Source of the DNA: Pirellulales bacterium
GTDB taxonomy: Bacteria; Planctomycetota; Planctomycetia; Pirellulales; UBA1268
Reading direction: 5' to 3'
Length of the DNA: 26,184 bases
Assembly (NCBI GenBank): GCA_044342095.1
Contig: JBIIQL010000001.1
Span: 1-26,184 of the forward strand
In this document: positions 1-9,061 of the stretch, one piece after another
How positions within the stretch are numbered: the stretch's first letter is position 1
How the letters are laid out: each line of letters starts with the position of its first letter
The notes under the pieces: generated by a model
What the model was told of the DNA's origin: nothing
The model's input: only the letters and a program-made list of their open reading frames with translations
Databases searched by the model: none
Made by a program: the position numbers and the translations under genes

Positions 1-1
1 A

Positions 2-2113
2 CGCCCCCTCGGACTGATTCCCGCGTCTCCCAGCCACCAGGCCGGCGTCCGGAGGCCGCAAGCGGCCCCTCGCTCGGCCGTTGCCCGCAACGCCGTTCCG
101 GCAGAGAGCCTTCCCCAGCCCCTCACCGCCCTCCCGGCCAACACTCCCACCGACGCCACGCTCCCCCCCGACGGTCTTGTCCCGGCCGACAGCCTTGCCG
201 ACGCCTCGACCGGCGGGATGGAGACGGCCGACGACGACGCTCCGGACAGCGCTCCCCTCCTTGCCGACGAAGCCGCCGCTGAAGCCACCACGACGGAGCC
301 GACCGCCGCCCACGAGGCTGCGTCCGAGCTCGTGACCGAGGCGACACCGACGGCGGCCGGCGCCTTGGAATCCCTCGTCGAAACCGCCGCTCCGGGCCCC
401 GAGGCTGTCGCCACCGAAGCCGTTTCGGCGCCGCCCGACGGTGAACCGGAAGCGATTGCCGAGGTCGCGGCCACCGACGATTCGATCGCTGCGTCCGACG
501 TCCCGCCGGAGACGACCGACACCGCCGCGGTCCCCGCCGCCGATCAGACCACGACACCGTCCCTTCAGCAGCCCCGTGCCACGAACCAACCTCAGGCCCG
601 CCGCCAGAGTGGCAGCAAGCGTCCCTTGGCGTCGAAAAGCCATCAGCAGCCGATGACGCCGCTGGATCGGCTGCAGGCACGGCTCGAGCAGATGCCCCGG
701 GCGCTTGGACTCGTGCCGGCTCCGCGTCCGTCGATGCACGCCTCGCAAGCGCCGCGTCGTCGGACCGCCACGCCAGGTCCTGCCGCGAAGCCGGAAGCCG
801 TGGTGACGGCGCCCGCGGCGGCGACGGAGCCCACGCCGGCCGCTGACGAAGTTGTCACCGCCGATCGGCCGAGCGAGACTTCCGAGTCCCCGGCCCTGGT
901 CGAAGGGGATGTGGCGCAGGGTGCCCCCGAACTCGGTGCCCCCGTGCTCGAATCGCTCGAAGCCGAGGGATCGCTCGGCGACGCGGGTTCACCGCATCCG
1001 GCCGACACGATTTCCGATGAACCGAACGAATCGACGCTCGCCACCGATGACGGGGTCGAGCAGGACCATCTCGCGGTCGCTGACGGCGAAGCGGAGGCGA
1101 CGACGCCTGCCTCGGAAACCGAGTCGGGCGAGGAGGTGAGCGACGCCGTCGGTGCAACGGCTTCCCTGGAAGCCCCGGCTCTGGTGACCACGACGGCCGA
1201 CGAGTCGGCAATGCCGGCCACCGTCGCCGAACCGAAGCCCGCAGCCAAGCAACCGAGCCCAGCCGTGGCCAATCGCCCCGCGCCGCGTCACCATGCCCGC
1301 CAGCCCGCGGCGCCGGTCGCCCGTCGCCCGATCCGCGACGCCCTCGGAACGGCCCTGGCGACCATGCCGCGTCCGTTCGGCCTCCTCCCGGAGCCGGAAT
1401 CGACTCCCCAGCGTCGCCCGGCTGCCAGCCCGGCCATCGGCACGCCGGCACCCCGGGCTCTGGCCACCAAGTCGATCGGGACGCGGCCGCTCGACGGCAC
1501 AGCCGAAGCCCAGGCCGACGTCGCCCGGGCGACTGTTGCCGAGCCGCCGGAAGCCTCGCAGAGCGAAGACGACAGCACGACGCTCACCTCCGGGAACGAT
1601 ACGGAAGAAACCCGGTCGCCGGCGGCGCTCGCAGACAGCGCCGGCGAGCCGGCAGTCCTCGACGCCGAGCTGCGGGAGGGTGCCGCGGGCCCTGAAGCGC
1701 TCGAGGTATCACCCGCCTCTGTCGAGGTGACGGTCACGAGCCCGGAGGCATCGACAGCGCTCGGAGAGCGCGTCACGCTCCTCCTCACGATCCGCAATCC
1801 CGGCACCACCGCGGTCAGCGCGGTGACCCCCGTCATCCACTTCGGGGCCGGCCTCGAACCGCTCGGCATCCGGGGACGCAACGGCCACTTCTCCGCGGAT
1901 GGCTCGGTGACCTTCGATCGGCTCGCAGAACTTCCCGCCGGCGAATCCGTGGAACTCGAGATCATCGCCGTCTGCACCGGCACCGGCACGATTCCCTACC
2001 GGGGCGTGGCGTGGTGCGGCGATGGTGAGGATCGGGAGATCGTGCCGGCCGACGCCTCGGTCACCGTGACTCCGGCCGTGGCGACCGAGCCGAACGGCGT
2101 CCGGCACCGCTGA
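2..2113 (+). CDS. Long low-complexity Ala/Glu/Thr/Pro-rich protein with C-terminal DUF11-like Ig domain (5'-truncated)
   Basis: The frame of ORF 218..2113 has no stop back to position 2 (RPLGLIPASP...), so the gene probably starts upstream of the window. The last ~120 aa (VEVTVTSPEASTALGERVTLLLTIRNPGTTAVSAV...LAELPAGESVELEI) fit the DUF11 pattern. Confidence 0.7.
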   Translation, partial: RPLGLIPASPSHQAGVRRPQAAPRSAVARNAVPAESLPQPLTALPANTPTDATLPPDGLVPADSLADASTGGMETADDDAPDSAPLLADEAAAEATTTEPTAAHEAASELVTEATPTAAGALESLVETAAPGPEAVATEAVSAPPDGEPEAIAEVAATDDSIAASDVPPETTDTAAVPAADQTTTPSLQQPRATNQPQARRQSGSKRPLASKSHQQPMTPLDRLQARLEQMPRALGLVPAPRPSMHASQAPRRRTATPGPAAKPEAVVTAPAAATEPTPAADEVVTADRPSETSESPALVEGDVAQGAPELGAPVLESLEAEGSLGDAGSPHPADTISDEPNESTLATDDGVEQDHLAVADGEAEATTPASETESGEEVSDAVGATASLEAPALVTTTADESAMPATVAEPKPAAKQPSPAVANRPAPRHHARQPAAPVARRPIRDALGTALATMPRPFGLLPEPESTPQRRPAASPAIGTPAPRALATKSIGTRPLDGTAEAQADVARATVAEPPEASQSEDDSTTLTSGNDTEETRSPAALADSAGEPAVLDAELREGAAGPEALEVSPASVEVTVTSPEASTALGERVTLLLTIRNPGTTAVSAVTPVIHFGAGLEPLGIRGRNGHFSADGSVTFDRLAELPAGESVELEIIAVCTGTGTIPYRGVAWCGDGEDREIVPADASVTVTPAVATEPNGVRHR

Positions 2114-2122
2114 TCACGCTCC

Positions 2123-2159
2123 CCCCCCCGATCCTGCCGCCGACGGCCGATCGGGGGGG
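2123..2159. terminator. Stem-loop between convergent genes (probable bidirectional terminator)
   Basis: CCCCCCCGATC (2123-2133) pairs with GATCGGGGGGG (2149-2159) in an 11-bp stem. It lies between stops at 2113 (+) and 2174 (-). No U-tract. Confidence 0.6.
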
Positions 2160-2173
2160 ACACGGCCGAAGCC

Positions 2174-3301
2174 TCAGCCGATGAGCCCCAGCGGAAACGG
2201 CGAGAGCAACTCGAGACCCGCAGCCGTGACCAGATAATCGTTCTCGATCCGGATGCCGACGCCGAGATCGGGGCCGTAGAGCGCGGGCTCGACGGCGATC
2301 ACGTCCCCTTCCTCGAGGGTGTCATCCCAGGAGGGGTTGAGGTGGGGCGTCTCGTGGACGAACAGTCCGATGCCATGGCCGAGGTGGCTGCTCCAGGAGC
2401 CGAGTGACGGCACCCCGTTGAGCCAGCCATGGACATCGGCGTAGATGTCGCGGCAACGGACACCGGGCCGTCCCATCCGCTCGACGATTTCAAACGCCCC
2501 GCAGACCCGCTCGCACGCCGCCGACTGGGCGTCGGTGGGCCGCCGATCGACCGACACCGTCCGGGCGTTGTCGGAGAAGTAGCCGCGGTAGGCGGGACCG
2601 AGATCGAGGATGTAGAGTTCGCCGGCACGCGCCCCGCGGGCCCGGGGAGATCCGCCCCGCACGCCCGAGGCGTAGTCGTTCCCCGTGTCCGTGAGCATCT
2701 CGCCGCACGCTTCGACCGCCGCCCCCTGGAGCGCCGAGAAGACGGCCAATTCGCTCACCCCAGGCTCGATCATCGCACGGGCCGTACGGTACATCGCGCC
2801 GGTGGCGTCGATGGCCCGGCGGAGGAGAACGAGCTCGTCGGCGTCCTTGCGGCGGCGGAGATCCCAGAGCACGGGATCGACATCGATCAGCTCGGCGTCG
2901 GGAAAGAGTCGGGTGACATGGGGACAGCAGGCCGAAAACTCGACGGCGACGCGCCCCGGCGTCGCCCGCCCCGCGAGCCAATCGACGAGCACCGCCGCCG
3001 ATGCCTGTCGCTGATCGAGCCGGAGCGTCGAACGCCACTTGCTCTCGTAGGTGCGGACGTCGTCGGCCGCCGCGGCATCGACGACCTTGTCGGGGCAGAC
3101 GAGGAGCAGATTCCCCGCCCCGTCGATCGCCGCCAACGGGGCCCTGGCCCAACGGTAGTCCCACCGGTGCCCGGTGAGGTATTGGACATGCTCCGGGGAG
3201 GTGAGGACGACAAGGTCGGGCGCCGCACCGGCGAGGCGTTCGCGGAGCCGGCGCTGCCGCACCAGACAGGTGTCGAGATCGAGGAGGGGAACGCCGTTCA
3301 T
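2174..3301 (-). CDS. M24 family metallopeptidase (Xaa-Pro aminopeptidase/prolidase-like)
   Basis: N-terminal creatinase-like domain plus a pita-bread domain with the expected ligands: LDLG...SDNART (D,D), HLGHGIGLFVHETP (H), VEP and IEN (E,E). Confidence 0.92.
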   Translation of the reverse strand: MNGVPLLDLDTCLVRQRRLRERLAGAAPDLVVLTSPEHVQYLTGHRWDYRWARAPLAAIDGAGNLLLVCPDKVVDAAAADDVRTYESKWRSTLRLDQRQASAAVLVDWLAGRATPGRVAVEFSACCPHVTRLFPDAELIDVDPVLWDLRRRKDADELVLLRRAIDATGAMYRTARAMIEPGVSELAVFSALQGAAVEACGEMLTDTGNDYASGVRGGSPRARGARAGELYILDLGPAYRGYFSDNARTVSVDRRPTDAQSAACERVCGAFEIVERMGRPGVRCRDIYADVHGWLNGVPSLGSWSSHLGHGIGLFVHETPHLNPSWDDTLEEGDVIAVEPALYGPDLGVGIRIENDYLVTAAGLELLSPFPLGLIG

Positions 3302-3368
3302 GGAGGGCCTCGCGGAGGGGACGGACGGGGAAGCATCGGCGCCCGGCGGGCGGTCGCCGCATCCCCGC

Positions 3369-4166
3369 TCAGGTGAGACGGGAGAGGAGGGTGGGATCGA
3401 ATGGAGGAAAGCGTGGATCGAGCTTCTCGAGGGTCTCGCGGACCAGACGGGCCACGACCAGATTGCGATACCACTTCCGGTTGGCCGGCACGATGTGCCA
3501 AGGTGCCTCGGGGGTGCTGCATCTTGTGAGCGCTTCTTCGTAGGCGGCGGTGAAGTCGTCCCACAGCAGCCGGTCGTCGAGATCGGCCGGCCCCAGCTTC
3601 CACTGCTTCGTCGGATCTTTGAGGCGATCCTCGAGACGCTTGCGCTGCTCCTCGCGGCTGATGTGGAGGAAGCACTTCACGAACGTGATCCGCCCCTCGT
3701 GGAGGAGCTTCTCGAAGGCGTTGATCTGCGCGAACCGCTCCTTCCAAACCTCCTTCGCCACGAGCTTCCGCACTCGGACGACGACCACGTCCTCGTAGTG
3801 GGAACGGTTGAAGATCCCGATCTTGCCGTGGGGCGGCACCTTGGCATGCACGCGCCACAGGAAATCGTGTGACAATTCCAGGGCGCTGGGGGCCTTGAAG
3901 CTCTCCACCTCGAGGCACTGCGGGCTGATCCCGCCGGAGAGCATCCGGATCGTGCCGTCCTTCCCCGAGGTGTCGATCCCCTGGAGGACGACGATCACGG
4001 CACGCTGCGATTCGGCAAACAGCCGGTAGGCGAGTTCGTCGAGCTTCTCGCAGTGCAGGCGGGTCTCGGCTTCGGCCCGATCCTTCTCGAGCCCCTCGTG
4101 GTAGCCGGGGTCGAAATCTTCGAGACGGCACTTCGTGCCGGGAACGAGCTGAACGGATTGTGGCAT
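3369..4166 (-). CDS. ppk2: Polyphosphate kinase 2 family phosphotransferase (class III-like)
   Basis: Walker A QGIDTSGKDGT, FKAPS...HDFLWR, FNRSHYEDV and lid KQWK. Start set at ATG 4166 (MPQSVQL); the ORF track start at 4199 is the alternative. Confidence 0.9.
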   Translation of the reverse strand: MPQSVQLVPGTKCRLEDFDPGYHEGLEKDRAEAETRLHCEKLDELAYRLFAESQRAVIVVLQGIDTSGKDGTIRMLSGGISPQCLEVESFKAPSALELSHDFLWRVHAKVPPHGKIGIFNRSHYEDVVVVRVRKLVAKEVWKERFAQINAFEKLLHEGRITFVKCFLHISREEQRKRLEDRLKDPTKQWKLGPADLDDRLLWDDFTAAYEEALTRCSTPEAPWHIVPANRKWYRNLVVARLVRETLEKLDPRFPPFDPTLLSRLT

Positions 4167-4261
4167 GGAAGGGATGCTGGTCGGAGGTTCCGACGGCACC
4201 CGGGGCAGAAGCCCCGGATGGCGACAGCATCAAGGCAGACACGCCAGCCGTCGCGGCGGCG

Positions 4262-4267
4262 AGTCTA
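4262..4267 (-). promoter_or_regulatory. Candidate -10 element (TAGACT) upstream of ppk2
   Basis: The minus strand reads caggTAGACT about 95 nt upstream of the ppk2 ATG. The same ggTAGACT lies upstream of the FAAL gene (16589-16594). No clear -35. Confidence 0.25.
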
Positions 4268-4318
4268 CCTGCTGGCCGAAGGAGCCTTCCATGGCCCCAG
4301 CGACCCAGCCGCCGGACT

Positions 4319-4630
4319 CTAGCCCCGCGGGCCAGCGAAGAACATCGCCCGCGAAGACAGGGCCCGCTGACGCCGGCGGAGGCGTGGGGCAGAAATCATC
4401 CCGCCGCCGAGCGACCTGGCGTCAGCAGCCTCATCGCTGGCATCGATGAGCCCCACGGCTTCCATCTCCTCCCAACCGAGCCGCTCCGCCTCCGGCGCGG
4501 AGAGCACATCGGCGATCGGGCAGACACCGGTGGCGCGAACGGTGCACGGATCGTCGCCCACCATGACGACGAAGGTCGATCCATGGAGGACACCGGGACG
4601 GCTGGTGACGCTCGGCTGGATGGCTGGCAT
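4319..4630 (-). CDS. Hypothetical small protein (103 aa)
   Basis: ATG preceded by GGAG at about -12, G/C-rich third codon positions like neighbouring genes, and a sigma54-type promoter ~65 nt upstream. No domain recognised. Confidence 0.55.
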   Translation of the reverse strand: MPAIQPSVTSRPGVLHGSTFVVMVGDDPCTVRATGVCPIADVLSAPEAERLGWEEMEAVGLIDASDEAADARSLGGGMISAPRLRRRQRALSSRAMFFAGPRG

Positions 4631-4694
4631 GGGGAGGTCTCCCGTGGGAGGAGGGATGCTTCACCGGCACCCGGCCGGCGTGAGGGAAAGTGGT

Positions 4695-4710
4695 TGCAAA
4701 CGGCGCGCCA
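4695..4710 (-). promoter_or_regulatory. Sigma54 (RpoN) -24/-12 promoter
   Basis: The minus strand reads TGGCGCG-CCGT-TTGCA against consensus TGGCACG-N4-TTGCW. GG at 4709-4708 and GC at 4697-4696 have the exact 12-nt spacing. Intergenic and pointing at the 4630 ATG. Confidence 0.7.
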
Positions 4711-4981
4711 ATCGTGGCGAGGTCTCCGAACCCCGCTGCGAACCGCCAAAGTCAGCCCAGACTTCCCTCCCCGTTGCCGCCGACCTCCCTCCGCTGCAAT
4801 TCCTGCAACGGACAGGCGATCTGCGGCCCCCCGGAAAGCTGGGTGACCTGCAATTTCTTCCATCGTCGCGCCAGCTCGAACGGCTTGAGACTGGGCGGGG
4901 GAGGGGGGAAGGTGCCGACGCGGCAAACCCTGACGGGCGTTCGCGTTGGCCCGGCATCACCGGCAACCGGGGGATGTGGGG

Positions 4982-5797
4982 TCAGGCGTCGGGGGCGGCG
5001 TGATCGACCCGGGCAAAACCGTCGTCAGGCCCGAGGCCGTCGGGCCGATCACCTTCGGCCACGGCCGGAGGCCGCGTCCGCAATTGGTCGCGGAGCGACG
5101 CGGCACGCTCGTAATCCTCGTCGCGAACCGCAGCGGCGAGCTGCTCCTCGAGCGTCTGCCCCACCTCGTACTTCTTCCGGACGCTCTCGCGCATTTGCTC
5201 GAGGCGACGGACCAATTCGTCGTCGGAGAACTGTTCCGCCGCGTCATAGCGGGCAAACAGATCGCGGAACTGATCGAGCCCGACGTTGATCTCCTTGATC
5301 GCCGAAGCCGCTCCCTGCTCCTCGAGCGTCGCCAGCGCCGTCGCCTGAACCCGGTGAAAGAGAACGAACGGGCGGTATTGCTCGTGGGAGAGCGTCCATT
5401 CCTCGTCGGGCGAATGCTCCCGGACGAAGTCCATGAAGGCCAGGCTGTGATCGGCGTCGCGCGCGGCCCGGCGGTATTCACGCAGCGACAGCCAGCAGAT
5501 GCGGCGGTGGTAGTACTGGACGAACTCGCGGTCCGCCTCGGCACACTGCTCCTTCGTGAGGCGAAACCGCTCGCCGATCCGCACCGCCTCGCCCACGAGG
5601 TAATCGAAATAGGTCTCGGCACCGTTGGGATGGACGCCGTCGGGGCGGAGATCGGTCTCCATCTGGAGCAGACCCATGTCGACACGCATCTGGATGACGT
5701 CGCGGCCATTGCGGGCTTTGACGAGCCGAGCGCTGACTTCTCCGGGCTGGAATTCCCATCCTTTGAGGAGCGAATCGATGTCGCGGGCACCAGCCAT
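4982..5797 (-). CDS. UvrB/UvrC (UVR) motif-containing protein
   Basis: C-terminal UVR coiled coil LEEQLAAAVRDEDYERAASLRDQLR. The N-terminal region (QMRVDMGLLQME..RPDG, YYHRRICWL) resembles a conserved planctomycete family as I recall it. SD GAGGTG present. Confidence 0.8.
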   Translation of the reverse strand: MAGARDIDSLLKGWEFQPGEVSARLVKARNGRDVIQMRVDMGLLQMETDLRPDGVHPNGAETYFDYLVGEAVRIGERFRLTKEQCAEADREFVQYYHRRICWLSLREYRRAARDADHSLAFMDFVREHSPDEEWTLSHEQYRPFVLFHRVQATALATLEEQGAASAIKEINVGLDQFRDLFARYDAAEQFSDDELVRRLEQMRESVRKKYEVGQTLEEQLAAAVRDEDYERAASLRDQLRTRPPAVAEGDRPDGLGPDDGFARVDHAAPDA

Positions 5798-5875
5798 GGA
5801 GGTTCACCTCGGATTCGGTTGACGCCCTTTCAAGACCGCCCTCGTGGCGCTCCGGCAGGCGTTTCCAGAGGCCCG

Positions 5876-5884
5876 ATTATAGCA
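5876..5884 (-). promoter_or_regulatory. Extended -10 promoter TGCTATAAT
   Basis: Perfect TGnTATAAT on the minus strand in the arfB-UVR gap, 78 nt upstream of ATG 5797. Such an AT-rich match is rare in this GC-rich DNA. Confidence 0.7.
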
Positions 5885-5924
5885 TCGCCGCCGACCGATC
5901 CGGACCGTCGACGGAACGTGCGAC

Positions 5925-6359
5925 TCACTCGGCCGGTCGGCGGCGGAGTGACTTCGTCTCGCCACGGTGCCGTTTGCCGGCCAGTCTCCGGGCCACCGCT
6001 GACTTCGGGACCTTCGTGCGTCGCCGGACAACGGGTGGACGCAGCGCCCGTTCGACCAGCGCGGACAGTTTCGCGAGGCAGTCGGCGACGTTCTGGGGCT
6101 GATCGCGGAAACGTTGTCCGGTGATCACGAGGTGCCCTTCGTGGGTCAGCCGCGATGCCACCAGCGCCATCAACCGCCGTCGGACCGGGTCGGGCAGGGC
6201 AGGGGAGTTGCGCACATCGTAGCGGAGCACCGCCTTGCTGCTGGTCCGGTTGACGTTCTGCCCGCCAGGCCCGCCACTGCGCACGAAGTGCCACGACAAT
6301 TCATGGGCGGGGATGACCACCGCGCCATCGCCGACCCTGATTTCCTTCTCGCGTGCCAT
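5925..6359 (-). CDS. arfB: Alternative ribosome rescue peptidyl-tRNA hydrolase ArfB (YaeJ)
   Basis: RSGGPGGQNVNRTSSKA (GGQ motif), 144 aa, basic C-terminal tail RRRTKVPKSAVARRLAGKRHRGETKSLRR. Confidence 0.95.
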   Translation of the reverse strand: MAREKEIRVGDGAVVIPAHELSWHFVRSGGPGGQNVNRTSSKAVLRYDVRNSPALPDPVRRRLMALVASRLTHEGHLVITGQRFRDQPQNVADCLAKLSALVERALRPPVVRRRTKVPKSAVARRLAGKRHRGETKSLRRRPAE

Positions 6360-6486
6360 CTGCGGTAGCCTTGTTCCCGGGTTCGCCCGTCCTCGGGATC
6401 AATTGGTGTACGCGATTCTCCCTGGACCGGAAAGGTCCCGGCCGGCGCGTCGCAGTCGTCGTCACCCCTCCACCGCAGAGTCGCTC

Positions 6487-7893
6487 ATGGTCCGATCCAC
6501 GGCCATTCTCTTCGTCGCCATCGCCCTCGTCGCTCCATCATCCCCGGTCACCGCCGCCGAACCGGCCCCGGCAGCTGATCTTTCGACCCGCGCGGGGGAG
6601 GATTGGGGGACGTTCCTCGGCCCCTCCGGCACCGGCTCGAGCAGCCTCGTCGGGATCGCGTCTCCCTGGGAGGCGGGTGGCCCGAGGGTCGTGTGGCAGG
6701 CGGCGATCGGCGAGGGGTATTGCGCCCCGGCCGTCGCCGAGGGCCGGGCGTTCCTCTTCGACCGCGTCGCCGACCGCCTCCGCCTGCGGGCCGTCGAGGC
6801 CGAGACTGGCCGCCCCCTGTGGGAAGCCGGTCGCGACATCGTCTACACCGATTCCTTCGGCTACGACGGCGGCCCACGGGCCCAGCCTGTCGTCGCCGGC
6901 GACCGCGTCCTCACCTTCGGGCCGGATGGGAGGCTCGAGTGCCGGGCGGTCGTCGATGGCAGTCTTCTCTGGGAGGTCGACACCTCGGCCACCTACCACG
7001 TCGTCCAGAACTTCTTCGGCGTCGGCACCGCCCCGCTCGTCGTCGAAGCCGAAGGGGACGACGCGGCGGCGCGGACGCTCGTCGTCGTCCAGGTGGGGGG
7101 AAGCCGCGAGGGGGCAAGCCCGGCGGCCCCCGAACGCCTCGATCTGGTGAAGGGGCTCGACAGTGGCCTGGTGGCCTTCGACATCGGCTCTGGCGCCGAG
7201 GTGTGGCGGGCCACGAACCAGCTCGCCAGTTACAGCGTGCCGGTGCGGGCGACGATCGGCGGCCGCCCGCTGATCCTCGCCTGGATGCGTGACGACCTCG
7301 CGGCGGTCGAGCCAGCGACCGGCCGGCTCCTGGACCGCTTTCGGTGGCGGTCGGACGAACTGTTCAGCGTCGTCGCCGCGAGCCCGGTGGTGTCCGGCAA
7401 CGAGGTCCTCCTCTCCGAATGCTACGGCCCCGGCAGCGTCGTTCTCGCCCTGGAGAAAGACACGTTCCGCGAAGTCCGTCGCGACAAGCCCGGGCTGCGG
7501 CCCCGCCAGGCCCTCAAGACCCACTGGAACACGCCCGTGCTCCGCGATGGGTACGTCTACGGCTCGAGCGGGCGCAACGCCGGCGATGCCCAGCTCGTCT
7601 GCGTCAACTGGAACACCGGTGTGGTCGGCTGGAGCGAGGGGGGACTGGGGCGGTCGAGCGTCACGCTCGTCGACGACCACCTCCTCATCCTCGGCGAGTA
7701 CGGCGACCTCGTTCTGGCGCGGGCGACGCCTGAGAAATACGAGGAGGTGTCGCGCGTCCGCCCCCTCGATGCCGCAAGCGCTCGCGAGCTCCTCGCGCCT
7801 CCCTGCTGGGCGGCACCGGTGATCGCACGCGGTTTGGTGTTCGTCCGCGGCACCGGCCGCATTGTTTGTCTCGACCTCATGCCGGCGCGTTGA
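6487..7893 (+). CDS. Secreted PQQ-binding-like (BamB-like) beta-propeller repeat protein
   Basis: Signal peptide MVRSTAILFVAIALVAPSSPVTAA, then DWGTFLGPSG, GEGYCAPAV, GPRAQPVV, FFGVGTAPLV and repeated G..lW blade ends. Start moved from 6235 to ATG 6487. Confidence 0.85.
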   Translation: MVRSTAILFVAIALVAPSSPVTAAEPAPAADLSTRAGEDWGTFLGPSGTGSSSLVGIASPWEAGGPRVVWQAAIGEGYCAPAVAEGRAFLFDRVADRLRLRAVEAETGRPLWEAGRDIVYTDSFGYDGGPRAQPVVAGDRVLTFGPDGRLECRAVVDGSLLWEVDTSATYHVVQNFFGVGTAPLVVEAEGDDAAARTLVVVQVGGSREGASPAAPERLDLVKGLDSGLVAFDIGSGAEVWRATNQLASYSVPVRATIGGRPLILAWMRDDLAAVEPATGRLLDRFRWRSDELFSVVAASPVVSGNEVLLSECYGPGSVVLALEKDTFREVRRDKPGLRPRQALKTHWNTPVLRDGYVYGSSGRNAGDAQLVCVNWNTGVVGWSEGGLGRSSVTLVDDHLLILGEYGDLVLARATPEKYEEVSRVRPLDAASARELLAPPCWAAPVIARGLVFVRGTGRIVCLDLMPAR

Positions 7894-8032
7894 CCGACGC
7901 CAAGGGGCATGAACGGCTGTTCCGCCCGTGTCGGGACACCTCCCCGCGCGCTGTCAACCCCGGATGCGGCGCTGCTGAAAGCCCCTCGGTTCCGCGCGTG
8001 CGGGCGGAAGGAGCGAGTCCTACCGACTTCTC

Positions 8033-8062
8033 TTGCCTGCCTGCATGGGGGCGTCCCATACT
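8033..8062 (+). promoter_or_regulatory. Candidate sigma70 promoter TTGCCT-N18-CATACT
   Basis: -35/-10-like hexamers in the 7894-8134 gap, upstream of ATG 8135. Confidence 0.35.
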
Positions 8063-8134
8063 TCCCCCTCTGACAGCGATTCGCCGTCGCGGCAACGCCC
8101 GTGTTCACCGGTTGGCAGGAGACAAATCCGACCC

Positions 8135-9022
8135 ATGTCCGAGCCCACGCCCCGCGTATCGCGTCCGCAGATGTCGATCAGCCAGTTGACCACCTACCGC
8201 TGGGATCTTCCGGTCGAAATCGAGCATCTTGCCTACCACGGCTTCGACGCGATCTCGCTGTGGCGGACGAAGGTGTCGGATGTCGGGATCGATGTGGCGA
8301 GGAAGCTTCTCGATCGCTCCGGGCTGCGGGTCTCGAGCCTCCAGTGGGCCGGCGGGTTCACCGGGAGCGACGGCCGGACGTTCCGCGAGAGCATCGACGA
8401 CGCCGCCGAGGCGATCACGACGGCCGAGCGTGTCGGCGCCGAGGTCCTGGTCGTCCACACGGGCTGCCGTGGCGGCCACACCCTCGGCCATGCCCGCCGA
8501 CTCCTCCAGGAGTCGCTCGAGATCCTCGCTCCGATCGCCTCCGAACAGGGCGTGACGCTCGCCCTCGAGCCCCATCACCCCGCTGCCGCCGTGGGCTGCG
8601 GCTTCATGCCGCGGCTCACCCAGGCCCTGGAATGGGTCGATCGATTCAATCACCCGTCCGTGCGTTTGGCCCTCGATCTGTGGCAGTTCGGCCACGACTC
8701 GACCCTCCCCGGTCTCCTCCCCGATCTCGTCAAGCGATTGGCGATCGTCAAGCTGGCCGATCGGATCGGCCCCCCCTCGTCAGATCGGGAACGCCTCCCC
8801 CCGGGTCAGGGTCAGCTCCCCCTCGAAGCGCTCGTGGCCGACGTGCACGCCGCCGGATATCGGGGCGACTTCGAGTTCGAGATCGTCGGCGAGGCGGTCG
8901 AGGGGCTCGGTTACGACTCGGCCCTCCGGCATCTCCGCCGGGTGACGGATGGATGGACCCGTCCGGTGCGCCGCCCCATCCAACGGGAAATCGTCCGCGT
9001 CGCCAGCCCCGTCAGACGCTGA
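8135..9022 (+). CDS. Sugar phosphate isomerase/epimerase family (xylose isomerase-like TIM barrel)
   Basis: GLRVSSLQWAGGF, A..VGAEVLVVHTG, VTLALEP, LALDLW, RLPPGQG.LPL, GYRGDFEFEI. SD AGGAG upstream of ATG 8135. Confidence 0.85.
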   Translation: MSEPTPRVSRPQMSISQLTTYRWDLPVEIEHLAYHGFDAISLWRTKVSDVGIDVARKLLDRSGLRVSSLQWAGGFTGSDGRTFRESIDDAAEAITTAERVGAEVLVVHTGCRGGHTLGHARRLLQESLEILAPIASEQGVTLALEPHHPAAAVGCGFMPRLTQALEWVDRFNHPSVRLALDLWQFGHDSTLPGLLPDLVKRLAIVKLADRIGPPSSDRERLPPGQGQLPLEALVADVHAAGYRGDFEFEIVGEAVEGLGYDSALRHLRRVTDGWTRPVRRPIQREIVRVASPVRR

Positions 9023-9061
9023 GGCGCCGCCGATCGTCGGGCATCGACGTCTTGCCGTCGA

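Noticed and set aside
4922-4945. GGCAAACC resembling a c-di-GMP-I riboswitch
   Set aside because: It is on the + strand while the flanking genes are on the - strand, and I found no matching second stem or GCAAA junction.
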